Shown: positions 42,235 to 56,643, counted from the first letter of the stretch. The stretch is DNA of 64,000 bases from Eledone cirrhosa (GCA_964016885.1 OZ024757.1:20460001-20524000), one strand, 5' to 3'. Translations and numbers: made by a program. Notes: generated by a model not told the origin, from the sequence alone.

Positions 42235-42768
42235 TAGGCAACACGGTAAAAACCTGCCAGCCCCACACTGTAAATGTGGTTGGTGTTAGGAAGGGCATCC
42301 AGCCGTAGAAAACCCGCCAGACAGTCCACGCTGTAATGTGGCCGTGTAGGCAACACGGTAAAAACCTCCCAGCCCCGCCCCACACTGTAAATGTGGTTGG
42401 TGTTAGGAAGGGCATCCAGCTGTAGAAAACCCGCCAGACAGTCCACGCTGTAATGTGGCTGTGTAGGCAACACGGTAAAAACCTCCCAGCCCCACACTGT
42501 AAATGTGGTTGGTGTTAGGAAGGGCATCCAGCTGTAGAAAACTCGCCAGACAGTCCACGCTGTAATGTGGCCGTGTAGGCAACACGGTAAAAACCTCCCA
42601 GCCCCACACTGTAAATGTGGTTGGTGTTAGGAAGGGCATCCAGCCGTAGAAAACCCGCCAGACAGTCCTATGCGAGCAAGACAACCACTCTTGCCTCAAG
42701 TGGGAAAACTCCCGTCCAAACCCATGCAAGCGTGGAACATGGACGTTAAACGATGATGATGATGATGA
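42235..42768 (+). mobile_element. Second copy of the 112-bp-expanded RTE-UTR/SINE tail
   Basis: Same unit and 3' tail as 31860-32405. Confidence 0.9.
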
Positions 42769-42799
42769 TATATATATATATGTGTGTGTATATATGTAA

Positions 42800-42871
<72 letters not shown>

Positions 42872-44540
42872 GCAATTTGCTTACAAACTAAAAATGTTAA
42901 AGTTCAAGGCATTTGATTACTGACAATTGTTTCTTCTCACAATGATATGCCATGTAGAGCAAATCGTTTCATTTAACAATTTCCCATCAGTGAGTATAGA
43001 CTATGGGTGTCAGCGGAGTTTAATTAAAATACCAATACAAGTCACCCAGGAAAAAAGAACAGATAATATATATCACTCATCAAAGTATCAAGATAAAAGA
43101 TTAGAGTTACAATTATAGTTTTAAAAACATTGTAATTAGAAAAATATAGTGTCAGTTGTGTTAAAACCCCAATTCATTTAACCAAGTACACAACCCACAG
43201 CTCATAAAAACATAATGACAGAACAAAGGAAAGACTCAAAATAACAAATAAGTTACTGAGGAGGTCACTGAATATGTGACAATGTGACAAAAGAACTTTG
43301 ACAATAAACAAATAAACAACCATCCGGTTATTAAACAAACCAACTGGAAGTTTATAATAAATTGAAGTGAAAACAAAAAAAAGAGAGCATGTGTTTTTAT
43401 TGGCAGCATGACACTCCCAAAGTATAACAATATTTGCTTCAACACACGTTTTTAGATAAGAAATCTCGCAAAACAAATACAAAAAAACGAAACCCTCTTC
43501 CCATTCGAAGGAGGTAGATTCTATATTTGTGATGCCACATCGGGTGACATGTTCTCTGCCTCAAACTTAGTCACTTTGACCACAAGCCCCGGTACTGTGG
43601 CCTGCAATGCAGAGGAAAAGAGGACAAACAAGGATTATCTGGCTGCATCCTAATCACATCTGTCGCCGTTGAGACCTCAGATGTACTAAGACCCCGTACT
43701 GCCGAGCTCCTCAAGAAGCCCATATGAGGAAGGACCCCCACCCCCGCGAAATGGGGTGACTGTTACAGCAAGCCTCGCTGGCCATTATCCACTGAAATGT
43801 TTTTGTGGTCTTGTTCATGGGGAAGCAGCCCCAACACCGCCAAGCTCTAGGCCCAGAGCCCATCATCCACCAGCCTTCCCCCTTCCTGTGGCCCTAGAGT
43901 CCTTGCTTTTCCTTTCATAGTCATTTCCTCTACTTCGCCATACAGCCAGATTTACCCACCCTTACCACTTCTCCACTTTCTCATTACTTAATTTTGATTT
44001 TATCTTTCTTTCTCATATTTATTTGGCTTTTGAAAATAAAATTATACTTTTGCTATTTGACCGTCGAAGATCGGTAGTTCACACAAATAAAAAAAATATA
44101 TATATATAAGATGATATAAATATAACATCACACACACACACATATATATATTTGCATGCAAATAAAATACTTGACTGAAAATCAAGAATATTCTTTTTAT
44201 AATATATCGACAAATTCTTCCAAAATAAACACAAACATGTTTAGTTTGTTAAAAAAAAAAATTCTTAGATAAAACAATGAATTATTTTTTGGAGCTTTTT
44301 TTTTTTTTCATTATATTCTCATACAACAAACTACAGAGAGAAAAAATTAAATTACAAATAAATACATAAATCGATGAATAAATCAAAATAAATATCAATA
44401 AAAATAGAAGAAAATGAGAGTAACTATGAAAGGTTCTGGTGATAGAATAACAACTAATGGTAAGTACTTTTGTTAGTATTGTTAGGAGAGAAAGAGAGAG
44501 ACAGATATAGAGTGACAGAGATATGAATATATATATATAT

Positions 44541-44909
44541 TATAATAGAATATAAAAGAAAAGCGAACACAGATATATAGATATATGTGTTCAAATTGTA
44601 AGGGACCTTATTCGCTAAGGTGAAAAGAATACTAACTATAGACAATTGGGTCTAGGATACTAATTTATCACCCACTGATGAGCTTGGATTAGTATTTCTA
44701 TTCACAATTAATTTTGCGAAACAACAACAAGTTGTCTGGGTGATTGGTAGTTACCACAATTCCGGTTTGTAATTATTTTCTTAAATTGAGACAAGTGAAC
44801 CCTATTGTCTATAGTTAGTATTCTTTTCACCTTAGCGAATCAGGTCCCTTACGATTTGAACACATATATCTATATATCTGTGTTCGCTTTTCTTTTATAT
44901 TCTATTATA
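44541..44909. mobile_element. Fold-back element (arms about 110 bp) enclosing a hammerhead in its spacer, with TA-rich flanks
   Basis: 44541-44651 versus 44799-44909 inverted with about 3 mismatches; hammerhead at 44667-44744 in the spacer. Confidence 0.8.
44667..44744 (+). ncRNA. Complete type I hammerhead ribozyme motif (GUC)
   Basis: Stem I atcaccca/tgggtgat (8 bp); CTGATGA 44675-44681; stem II closed by gc/gc; GAA 44718-44720; stem III acaac/gttgt with a 5-nt loop; GTC, predicted cut after 44736. Confidence 0.85.
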
Positions 44910-44992
44910 ATATACAGCTCAGAAATATCTCTTTCTTAGAGGTATTTTGTTGTAAGAGACTATTTTGAGTTCCTAACTCAATATATACCTTT

Positions 44993-45023
<31 letters not shown>

Positions 45024-46224
45024 GGAGAGAGAGAGAGACAGAGAGAGAGAGAGAAGTATAATTTTCATCAAATTTTTCATTTGAAAATATCAAAACCCAC
45101 AAGATCTGAAAGAGATTTTTAAAAAAGCGAAGAAAAATGAAGGAAAAATGACTTAAATTTCTAAATGATTGCCAAGGTGTGGTGATTATAAGAGTATAAG
45201 AGAATTTTTAGGATATTTACAATATAGTGGTACAATGATGATGATGATGATGATAAATATATACCTCAATTTGGCATCAGTCTATTATGTACTAATCTAA
45301 TTTGTTATATTTACCAACAAAATATAGTGTCCTGGTGTCCAGACACAAACTATAGTGTCCAACATAAAGTCTAATGTCCAGATATCAAATATGGTTGTAT
45401 TTAATTATTGTCTAGCAACAGGTCAGCTCTGGTCAAGCTGACCTAGATGGTGTGGAAACCTGGCTGCTATATCTAGCAAGTCTGGAAACCACACAAAGGC
45501 TAAGTTTCTAATCCATTTTGAAGTGAGCCATTCAGTGTCAGTGCAAGGGAAATAACTCTGCAGAACATTGTTCAAGGCGAGAAACTGCAGTAGTTATCAA
45601 AATAAGAAAGCGATAAATGAACTTTTCATTATTTTTCTTATTTGACAAAATTTTTCCTTTAAAATTTGAAAGAATAGTCGTTGTATATATATCTGTATTA
45701 TGCTAACATATTTTACAAATATCCAAGAATATAAACAAGATATTAATGATATACCTTTCATTTTGAGAAAAAATACAGTGATCAAGATACGATAACTATC
45801 TAGTGATCTTTTATATTTCAGGATAGTTACCTGGATTTTCTAGAAATATCTGGCAACAGTTGTTCCATTTTCCTATCTGGCAACAGTTGTTCCATTTTCC
45901 TATCAACTCTCGCAAGGTAACTGAAGCCCTCTGACATAAAGTTATTAAGATGAAGAGTGATGGACTCTCTCTCTCTCTCGGTCATTGGAAGGGAAGTTAG
46001 CCTTCCAATGAGAGTTATATCATTAATATCTTGTTTATACCCTTGATTATTTAGAAAATATTTTAGCACAACACAGATATATATACTATGAATATTCTTT
46101 CAAATTCTAAAGGAAAAATTTTGTCAAATAAGAAAAATAATGAAAAATTAATTTATCGTTCTCTTATTCTGATTGCTACTGCATTAAACAGTAATCTAAA
46201 AAGACTGTTTTATGAATATTACAG

Positions 46225-46830
46225 CTCCCATGACTTTCGGAAACATTATTTCATGCTTAGAGTTGCTGAAGCATGGAATAAACTGCCTGCATCAGTTGTT
46301 AGCTGTTGAGACACTGCATCTTTTAAAACCTCCATGGAACAAACTGCCTGCGTCAGTTGTTAGCTGCCGAGACACTGCATCTTTTAAAACCTCCATGGAA
46401 CAAACTGCCTGCGTCAGTTGTTAGCTGCCGAGACACTGCATCCTTTAAAACCTCCATGGAACAAACTGCCTGCGTCAGTTGTTAGCTGCCGAGACACTGC
46501 ATCCTTTAAAACCTCCATGGAACAAACTGCCTGCGTCAGTTGTTAGCTGCCGAGACACTGCATCTTTTAAAACCTCCATGGAACAAACTGCCTGCGTCAG
46601 TTGTTAGCTGCCGAGACACTGCATCCTTTAAAACTCTCATGCTTCCCGAAATTCGCCAAAACTACACCTGACGTCCCCCTTCCATACACATGCACACGTG
46701 TATATCATGACTCATGCTCTGTTCATTTTCCTGACGTTTGTACATTACCCTATGTATTTTACATACACTTTTTGATAAGTTGTAGTGCACCTGAGCACTG
46801 TACACAATATTTTCATTATTATTATTATTA
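46225..46830 (+). mobile_element. CR1/L2-like LINE 3' end with a 61-bp x6 tandem expansion (46275-46635)
   Basis: Unit ggaacaaactgcctgcgtcagttgttagctgccgagacactgcatc.tttaaaacctccat; period of 61 at 46336, 46397 and 46458. Confidence 0.88.
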
Positions 46831-47632
46831 TTTACATTTTATTTACTCTATAATAGCATTCATGGTCCCGTAACTCCGAAGTCGTAGGGACACCATAATG
46901 ACATACAGCGTTTCTAGGGTATTTTTAAACCCAGAGGAGCCCATCCCTCTCCAGGTCTGAATACAGCAGATTTCTTCCAGAGAAGGACAGAGTGTGATAG
47001 AATGGAAGTGGGGAAGAGGTATAGATGAAGAATCGACACCAGTACTTGACTGGTACTTTTTTTAAATTAACCTCGAATGGATGAAAGGCAAAGCTTACCT
47101 TGTTGGAGAGAGGTGAAATACCATTAAGCTTTCTATCTGATGTTCTAATGACTGTCAATTCCAGGCTTAAAATGCCCTAGAAATGTTGCATGCTACTATG
47201 GCACCTTTACGACTCCCTCAGGAGTTATGAGACCATACCATACTATACTTTTGTATAAAATACTGAATATTTGTGAGAGACCCATGTGATGAATAAAAGA
47301 TCTATTAGTATTTTAACCATCATCATCATTAACATCAGCAAGACTGTACACTAATAAAGACACACTAGATGAAATGTCCAAAATAATTCACAAACACTCG
47401 AGATCATGTCAAAAGTTTTCTGTAGAACAAGGAGATAATGTTTCGATTGTATCTATCCCAGTGTATTACTGATCCTTTATTTTATCGACCCCTTGTAAGG
47501 GTGAAAGGCAAAGCTAACCTTGGTGGGATTTGAAATTAGAACATGAAAGATCATAACTTTATGTTCTGACAATAATAATGATAGTAATAACAATAACAAC
47601 AACAACAATAATAATAACAAATGCCTTCATAC

Positions 47633-47707
47633 ATTGGTACTTAGCTGTGTGGTCAATGTGCTGACTTTGTCTTGGGCAGAGTCGAGCTCCCTCCGTAGTT
47701 TACGGAT
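47633..47707 (-). CDS. NAV2: Neuron navigator exon, 75 nt, coiled-coil IRKLRRELDSAQDKVSTLTTQLSTN
   Basis: tttacAG acceptor and GTATGA donor; phase 0-0; near-identical to vertebrate NAV IRKLRRELDASQEKVSALTTQLTAN. Confidence 0.94.
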
Positions 47708-50639
47708 CTGTAAATATTAACAGCATGCAACAATGATTCAAATAAATTGTTAAAAAAAAAAAAAAAAAGACAAAAAAATGGTAAAGGCAGAAAACGAGAG
47801 GAAGGGAGTAGGATGTGAAAAAACCCCCAAAATCCATATTTACACACAAACGATACCATTTTGGGAAGTGCTAATTAGCAGTGTTTTATGGGACAACCAA
47901 GTTAAAAGAAAAAAAAAAGCATGCTGGATACTAGCTAAGTTACTAATAGCAATGATAGTATATAAAAAAAAAAATGTCAAGTTTGTCCTAGGACCAGAGG
48001 CCATCAGGCTGGTATTTATTCCAGTTTCTGTGGCGTTAAATGACTGAGAGTACAAGACTCACCCATGGACAGGACACCAGTCCATCACAGGTTTAAAATG
48101 TATCCCAAGTGGAGAGGCTCATCCAGGCTTCATCAATGTTAAGCGACTGAGAAAACAAAAATCCCTACTTGGACAGGACACCAGTTCGTCACAGAGATAA
48201 CTCCCCGAGCAAACTGGAGCAATGTCAAATAAAAAGTTTTGCACAAGAACACAAGACACTATCTAATGATACCCATGATATTATGATTTTAAGTGCATCA
48301 CCCTAACCACTAGGCCATGCGCTTTCACTTAATAAAAATCAACATAAAAACCCCAAACCCCAAAATACAATCCCACACTCTCACACAGTGGATGGTTTTT
48401 GTTTGTTTTTCTGTTTCACTGCAAAAAAAATTAATTCTTAAACTATAATAGTTAATGAGAGAAAAAAAAAGAAAATGAATGAATTAATGAAAAAAAGAAA
48501 GGAAAATATGAATATATAATGTATATTAAATTTTTTTTTAAATCTTAAAATCTATTTCTATATTTTAATATAAATTTGAAAATTAGTTGTAATGAAATGA
48601 CAGAGAAGAAAATAATCTTAAAACTAAAGACACTATATCACTCTGAAAATGAAAGCAGTGTAACAAATTCTTATAGAAACTCCAAGAAAAAAAATCATAG
48701 AATAATAATTTTTAAAAATCTTCATGAGATTAATTTGGTTCTTAAAACTATGGGAAATATTTAAGTGGAATCACATGAACTATGGGGGGCAAAAAAGAAA
48801 AGAAAAAGAACACACACACACACGTAACCCTTTTACTCCCATATTCCAAATAAAATACATTGTAAATTGAAATAGAAAGCTTTTCTGTAACATTTGACTA
48901 AATAAAATAGTTCCAACGGGGCATATAGACCCTATGAACGGGAAAATGTTATGAAGCTTTCTATTTCTATTTTCAAACATCGCTCAACACTTTCTAAACA
49001 TACTTCCAAAATATATTGTATTTGAACTAATGAATTAATGAAGAATTAAGAAGGATTTACTAAAATTATTAATTATTTCATTACTAAGACATAACATATG
49101 GTTCTTATATAAAATTACCATATATACTGTAATATAAGCTGAGCTAAACATATACTGTGCCCACTATTTTATATCTGAGAAATGGGCAAAATCTAAACCC
49201 TGTTTATGTTTAGATGGCAAATATAAGCCTATCCTGTCATTTTACCATCAATTTTTTGGTCACATATCCCTTGGTTTATATTCAAGCATATATAGTAGGT
49301 TGCAAGATTTAATTTAAATAGGAACTCAATAAAATGGGTGGTTTAGCATGTGTTGGTATCAAAAGGGTAATATAAGGATTTATGGAACGGCGCTTTAACA
49401 ATTCTACCCGTCCATTGTCCTTAAACTAGTATAATATATGTGTGTGTATGTGTATATATATATATATCATCATCATCATTTTACGTCCGCTTTTCCCTGC
49501 TTGCAAGGGTTGGACGGGTCCTATTCAGCACAGCATCTCTCCACTTGTCACGGTCCCTCGTCATCTCCTCCGTGAGTTTCAGCGATCTGAGGTCTGCTCT
49601 CACCGCCTCCGCCCATGTTTTCCGTGGTCTACCTCCACTGCGTCTTCCCTCCACTGGGATTTCTTGGCACTTCTTTACCCAGCAGTCATCCTCCATGCGC
49701 ATCACATGTCCATACCATCTCAGCCTTCTCTCCTGCACACCACAACGTATCCCTCTTATACCTAGTTTCTTTCTCAACTTGTCTATGCTTGGTCGTTCAC
49801 GCACATTGACATTGCATATCCAACGGAGCATACTTTCTTCATATATCACTGCGATTACTACTGCCAACTTTCCCTGTACATCTACTGCATACGTAGTTTT
49901 CCCTACCTGTTAGTTTGCCTTGCCTGCTATCCCACTACATCTCTTGTGTACCCAAGATCTGCATTGCATATATTTTATGGAATTTGTGCCAGGTTTATTA
50001 GGGTCCATTTTTCCATGCTTGCATGGGTTAGACAGGTCATCCACGGTGGGAGGCAAGTCTGGCCAGACCTTGCTCTGATGAGGACTGTATACTTGGCTGG
50101 GTATTTTACAGCTGGATGCAGCTTCCTAACACCAACCCCATTTAAAGTGTGGAACTGGATGGCTCCGTTATGAGAAGGGACTGGCCAAACCCATCTCACA
50201 GCAGAACCATAGTTTTTGGAGCCCAGTACAGGATGGCACCGATGCGAGGAGCCTAACCTATCTCATAGTGTAGCCAGTTTTGGGGTCCCATATATGTATA
50301 TACTCCTAATTCCTCACAACCTTCCAACTTTTCACATTTGTTTCAAAATAAATTATATAAATACACTTATCATTAAGTTTCTTTTTACCATAAAATACAC
50401 CAACACCATATTGCTGTCTCAACTTTATCATCAATGCCACTAAAGACATCTCTATCTCACCATCACAGTTTTCATTTCCCCATCATCAAAAAATATGACA
50501 TGTCCTCTATTTTGATTTACACCCTCCCATTTGTCCATTCACTTTCACACACCTCTCCCTCCAAAATTCCCAGGATTCTCACTTGCCATTTGTAATTATA
50601 CCTCAATTCCCTCACCACTTTCTTTTGGTCTTGCATCCA

Positions 50640-52230
<1,591 letters not shown>

Positions 52231-52432
52231 GTATACATCTTCAACACAATACAGCAGACCAGTTTGAAAATCGCTCTGAATGTGAGAAAGTTCCCTAGAT
52301 AGTTAACAAGGACTTCAGGTTCTCCACAGAAGTTAAGGACTTACCAGAACTAATATCAATAATGACTTATAGTAAAGATTTAAATTATTAGAGAACTTCA
52401 ACCACCAGCGGAGTTAATCTTCCCCCTTTCTT

Positions 52433-52461
<29 letters not shown>

Positions 52462-52466
<5 letters not shown>

Positions 52467-52661
52467 AACAAGTAAGACCCCGGCGGCTGAGCTCAAGCCG
52501 TTTCGACGGCTAATTCTGTACTCAGTACAGAATTAGCCGTCGAAACGGCTTGAGCTCAGCCGTCGGGGTCTTACTTGTTCCTATTACCCACTCTACTACC
52601 CTAAGTATTGAGTACTTTGGTGCGTTATGGTCCACCTGGTTCCTTACCACATTTCCTTCGT

Positions 52662-52663
<2 letters not shown>
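52462..52663. mobile_element. Penelope-like non-autonomous unit with a 61-bp snap-back palindrome; related pieces at about 5038-5178, 30694-30826, 35302-35376, 40110-40265 and 60008-60045
   Basis: Arms 52462-52522 and 52524-52584 with 1 mismatch; carries a hammerhead 3' half (GAA ACGGCT..AGCCGT C); (TA)n on both sides. Confidence 0.7.
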
Positions 52664-52692
<29 letters not shown>

Positions 52693-53265
52693 ATACACTG
52701 ACCAAGAAACTCACTCAGATGGTGGATAGGTGCTACACGAGAATGCTGAGGGTGGCTCTGAACATTAATTAGTATACACTGAGGATGAAAAACTCAGAGC
52801 TGTATGGGAGCCTCCCAAAAGTCAGCTCAAAAGTGACACAGAGGAGACTGAGGTTAGCTGGACATGTTCACCGACATCCAGAGTTGACATTGTACTCAGT
52901 GCTCCTGTGGGAGCCCCTACATGGAAGAGGAAGACCAAGGTTAACGTATGTTGATGCCCTAAGGACAGACACTGGTCTGTTGGAGACGCAGGACATGGCA
53001 GCGATAATGAGGGACAGAGACCGCTGGAGAGAACTCGTCCATGGATCTCGGGAATTTTACTCGCGCTAGAATTGTAATAATTGTAAGATTTATTTAGTTA
53101 ATACTCTTTTCAAAATAAAATGTCACAGCAAAGTTACCCTCTTTCAATCAAACAATTGATATTGTTATCTGTAAATTGAATATCTGCGTATGGATCAATA
53201 TATAATAGCCCCCTCCCCCCTCCCCCCACACACACACAAATATGTCAACATAACTATATAAATAC

Positions 53266-53289
53266 CTCTTGGTTATGTTTCTCTTCAGC
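53266..53289 (-). CDS. NAV2: Neuron navigator 24-nt microexon, AEEKHNQE
   Basis: ttttttccAG GCTGAAGAGAAACATAACCAAGAG GTattt; phase 0-0; fills the (A/P)EEK..(S/Q)E gap between the YSS and IRKLRREL motifs. Confidence 0.88.
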
Positions 53290-53348
53290 CTGGAAAAAAT
53301 AGATAAGCAGATTATACTAAATAGTAGAGTGTATTAAATTCATTGTTT

Positions 53349-53732
53349 TATACTATACTATACTATACTATACTGTACTATACTGTACTGTACTGTAATA
53401 TACTGTACTGTACTGTACTGTACTATACTGTACTGTAATATACTGTACTATATTGTACTGTACTATATTGTACTGTACTATATTGTACTGTACTGTACTA
53501 TAATATACTGTACTATACTATACTGTACTGTACTATACTATACTATACTGTACTATACTATACTGTACTATACTACACTATGCTATACTATACTGTACTA
53601 TACTATACTATGCTATACTATGCTGTACTATACTGTACTATACTATACTATACTATACTATACTATACTGTACTATACTGTACTATACTACACTATACTA
53701 TACTGTACTGTACTATACTATACTATACTATA
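53349..53732. repeat. (TATAC/TGTAC)n pentanucleotide microsatellite
   Basis: Direct inspection. Confidence 0.95.
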
Positions 53733-53839
53733 CACAAAACAACAAAAGAGAGAAAAATGAGGGAAAGGGCAAAGATTGTTAAGCAACAAAGAAAGGGAAG
53801 AGGATGACAGACTCTACACCTGAGTCAGAGTAATGTTTT

Positions 53840-55740
53840 GGCTGCACCCAGCAGACCAAATGGCAAAGATATTGCCCTGAACAAGGGCCATTGGCACCTA
53901 CTACAACAGTTAACACACCTTGTGGGGCTCCTTCCTCAGAAGGGCTGCTGTCATTCTGATTTTACGAGGAGGTCAGCTGTATGGGGTCTGAGAATGCCTG
54001 AGGTCTTGACTGCAGCCAGTAGAATGAGAAAGCCACTGGACAAGCCCTGTATTATCTTCCTGTACTCTACATTGCTACAGACTGCGGTACCAGAGTTTGT
54101 AGACGACATCCCCCCCTTTTTTTTTCCTGATTACTGAATGCTGAATCTGGCGCATTACTGCACCAGCTCCTGCAATTCCTGCACTTAATTCAGCCTCCTT
54201 CCTTCCATCACTCGTGCACACGGCCCCGAGATATTTAACATTTTTCCACCTGCTTCAGTGGAACTCCATACACATGTAGAGTGCACTTGCACAGGCTTCC
54301 TTGAGAGGGCGAACGTCTCAGTTTCCGCACCACTGATTTTCATTCCAGCCATCCAACCTGTCGAGTGCAAGTCAGGGATCACCTTTTGTCAAGTTAAGTA
54401 GCACCATGCCGTCTGCAAATTCCAGCCGACTGATTTTACACCCGCCAATAATGACACCACTTCCAACACAGCTGCACATGTCAATCCTGTTCATGGAAAT
54501 GATGAACGAGAGAGGTGACAGTACCCATCCTTGGTGGAGCCCGACTCCTACACTGAATGGTTTCAATTTAGCACCATTTATCCGAACACAAATACTCGGG
54601 CATTCGTACAGAGACACCAGGGCAGCAAGAAGCTGACCATCAATCCCAAACTCCTGTACATCCTTCCACAGCAGGTCCTGGGGAATGCGGTCATATGCCC
54701 TTTCAAGGTCAACAAAACAGGAATATACCTCTTGGCAATACTTCCATGATTTCTTGAAGACCTTCCACAGTGTGAATATTTGGTTGGCTGTGCTGCGTCC
54801 GGGATGAAAACCGGACTGGTCATCAGCTAGCTTGGACACAACAATCTCCTTGTATCTCTTTGCCAGGTACTTAGCATAGACTTTACCCAGGGAGACTTAA
54901 CAAGGAGATCCTCTATAATTGGAGCAATCTCTTTTGTCTCCCTTTTAGAAAATTGGGGATTATCACTCCTGATTACCATTGTTTAGGTGCCTTTCCAGAG
55001 ATCCAGGCCACCTGGCACACACGAGTCAGCCAGAGAATACCTTCTCTATTTAAGGCTTTTAACGTCTTGGGCTGGATTTCATCTTCCTCAGCGGCCACGC
55101 TACATTTGAGCTCTTTAACTGCTCTTGTGACCTCAGTCTCGGAGATTAATTATCAATCCCAGATGCACCTCATATACATCAGAAGATGCTGTTGTGATTG
55201 GGTTTAGGAGATCAGCAAAGAATTCTCTCCACCTTGTGAGGATGCACATCTCTGAAGAGAAGAGAACCCCAGACACGTTCTTGATAGAAAGTGTGGAGGG
55301 CTTGATTATTTGATGATCTGAAGTCGGATTCCAGCTCAACCCCAAAGTACTCCCTTTTCTTAACTTTCGACGCCTTCACTGTCTCTGCTGCAATTCTTTG
55401 TGCCTGCTTGTACCACATGTGCGAGAAGGAGGACTTATTTCCAAACCAAGCTTTGTAAGCCTCTTTCTTTGCTCAGATGGCAACTTTGACCTCTTGATTG
55501 AATCACGAGGTCCTCCTGCCATCTGGTGCCACCTCAAGCCTCTTTCGCCTGCAGCAGAAACTGCTGTACTCAACAATCTCCACTCTGTCTCAACATCGTA
55601 AGTTAGCTCAGGGAGTTCTCTGAATTTTGATGCAATAGTACCTGGTCCCGACTTCCTTATCCACCACTTTATCCTGTAGGTCATCACCCTGGACCTGACA
55701 GTTTTGTCGGCTTCCTTGGCTTTAGGTAGTCTCAAGTTGC
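53840..55740 (-). mobile_element. Decayed RTE-like LINE reverse transcriptase region
   Basis: QSGFHPGRSTANQIFTL, FVDLERAYDRIP, GLHQGWVLSP, LEFADGMV; frameshifts and stops. Confidence 0.9.
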
Positions 55741-56252
55741 AGATGTCCGACGCTCTGCTGATTCTTTTGCCAATCCACCATGGACATAAAATAATTGTTT
55801 CTACTTTTGGCACAAGGCCAGCAATTACCCGGTACATTACTGGTACTTTATTTTATCAACCCCCGTAAGGATGAAAGGCAAAGTTAACCTCGGCGGGATT
55901 TCAACTCAGATCGTAAAGGGACGTAACTATGCTGGAAAGCATGGCGTCCGACCCTCTACCGATACTCCACAAAAATATAATTGTTTCTACTTTTGGCACA
56001 AGGCCGGCAATTATCCAGTGCATTACTGGTACTTTATTTTATCGACCCCGTAAGGATGAAAGGCAAAGTTAACCTCGGTGGGGTTTGAACTCAAGGGCCA
56101 GGGCCGTAACTCTATGCGTCAAAGCATGGTGTCCGACCCATGGTGGTGGTGATGGAGGTGTTAGTGGTGGTGATGATGGAGGTGTTAGTGGTGGTGATGA
56201 TGGAGGTGTTAAATGCTAAGCAGAAGAAAAGACTTCTTTAGAAGATACTTAC

Positions 56253-56305
56253 GGAAGAATAGATGGATGATGAGGTTGACACCAGCGACAGGGAAGATCC
56301 ATGCA
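56253..56305 (-). CDS. NAV2: Neuron navigator exon, 53 nt, (L)HGSSLSLVSTSSSIYSS
   Basis: ttttttttcAG acceptor and GTAAGT donor; phase 1 in, phase 0 out; peptide matches the conserved NAV motif HGSSLSLVSSTSS.YS. Confidence 0.92.
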
Positions 56306-56410
56306 CTGAAAAAAAAGGAAGGAAAAATAATAAATAAATAAATAATTTAGAAATTTGTTCATTTATCTCCCTTAGATATATATATATTTCAACTTTTATT
56401 TGTCATTCTA

Positions 56411-56446
56411 TCTTCTGATGAAGGACTAGTGTCCGAAATGTTAAGA
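56411..56446 (+). ncRNA. Minimal type I hammerhead motif
   Basis: tctt CTGATGA a ggac-tagt-gtcc GAA ATGT T aaga; stem III is probably a CpG-decayed ACGT. Confidence 0.65.
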
Positions 56447-56519
56447 GTATTTTCTTACTATTTCAAATGTTAAACTAATATATTTCATCATTGCACTGTG
56501 TCATTTGCTTTGTTATATT

Positions 56520-56600
56520 TGTTTACTTTTTTCACACACACATTATATATATATACATACACACACACACATATATATATATACATACACATACATTATA

Positions 56601-56641
<41 letters not shown>

Positions 56642-56643
56642 GA

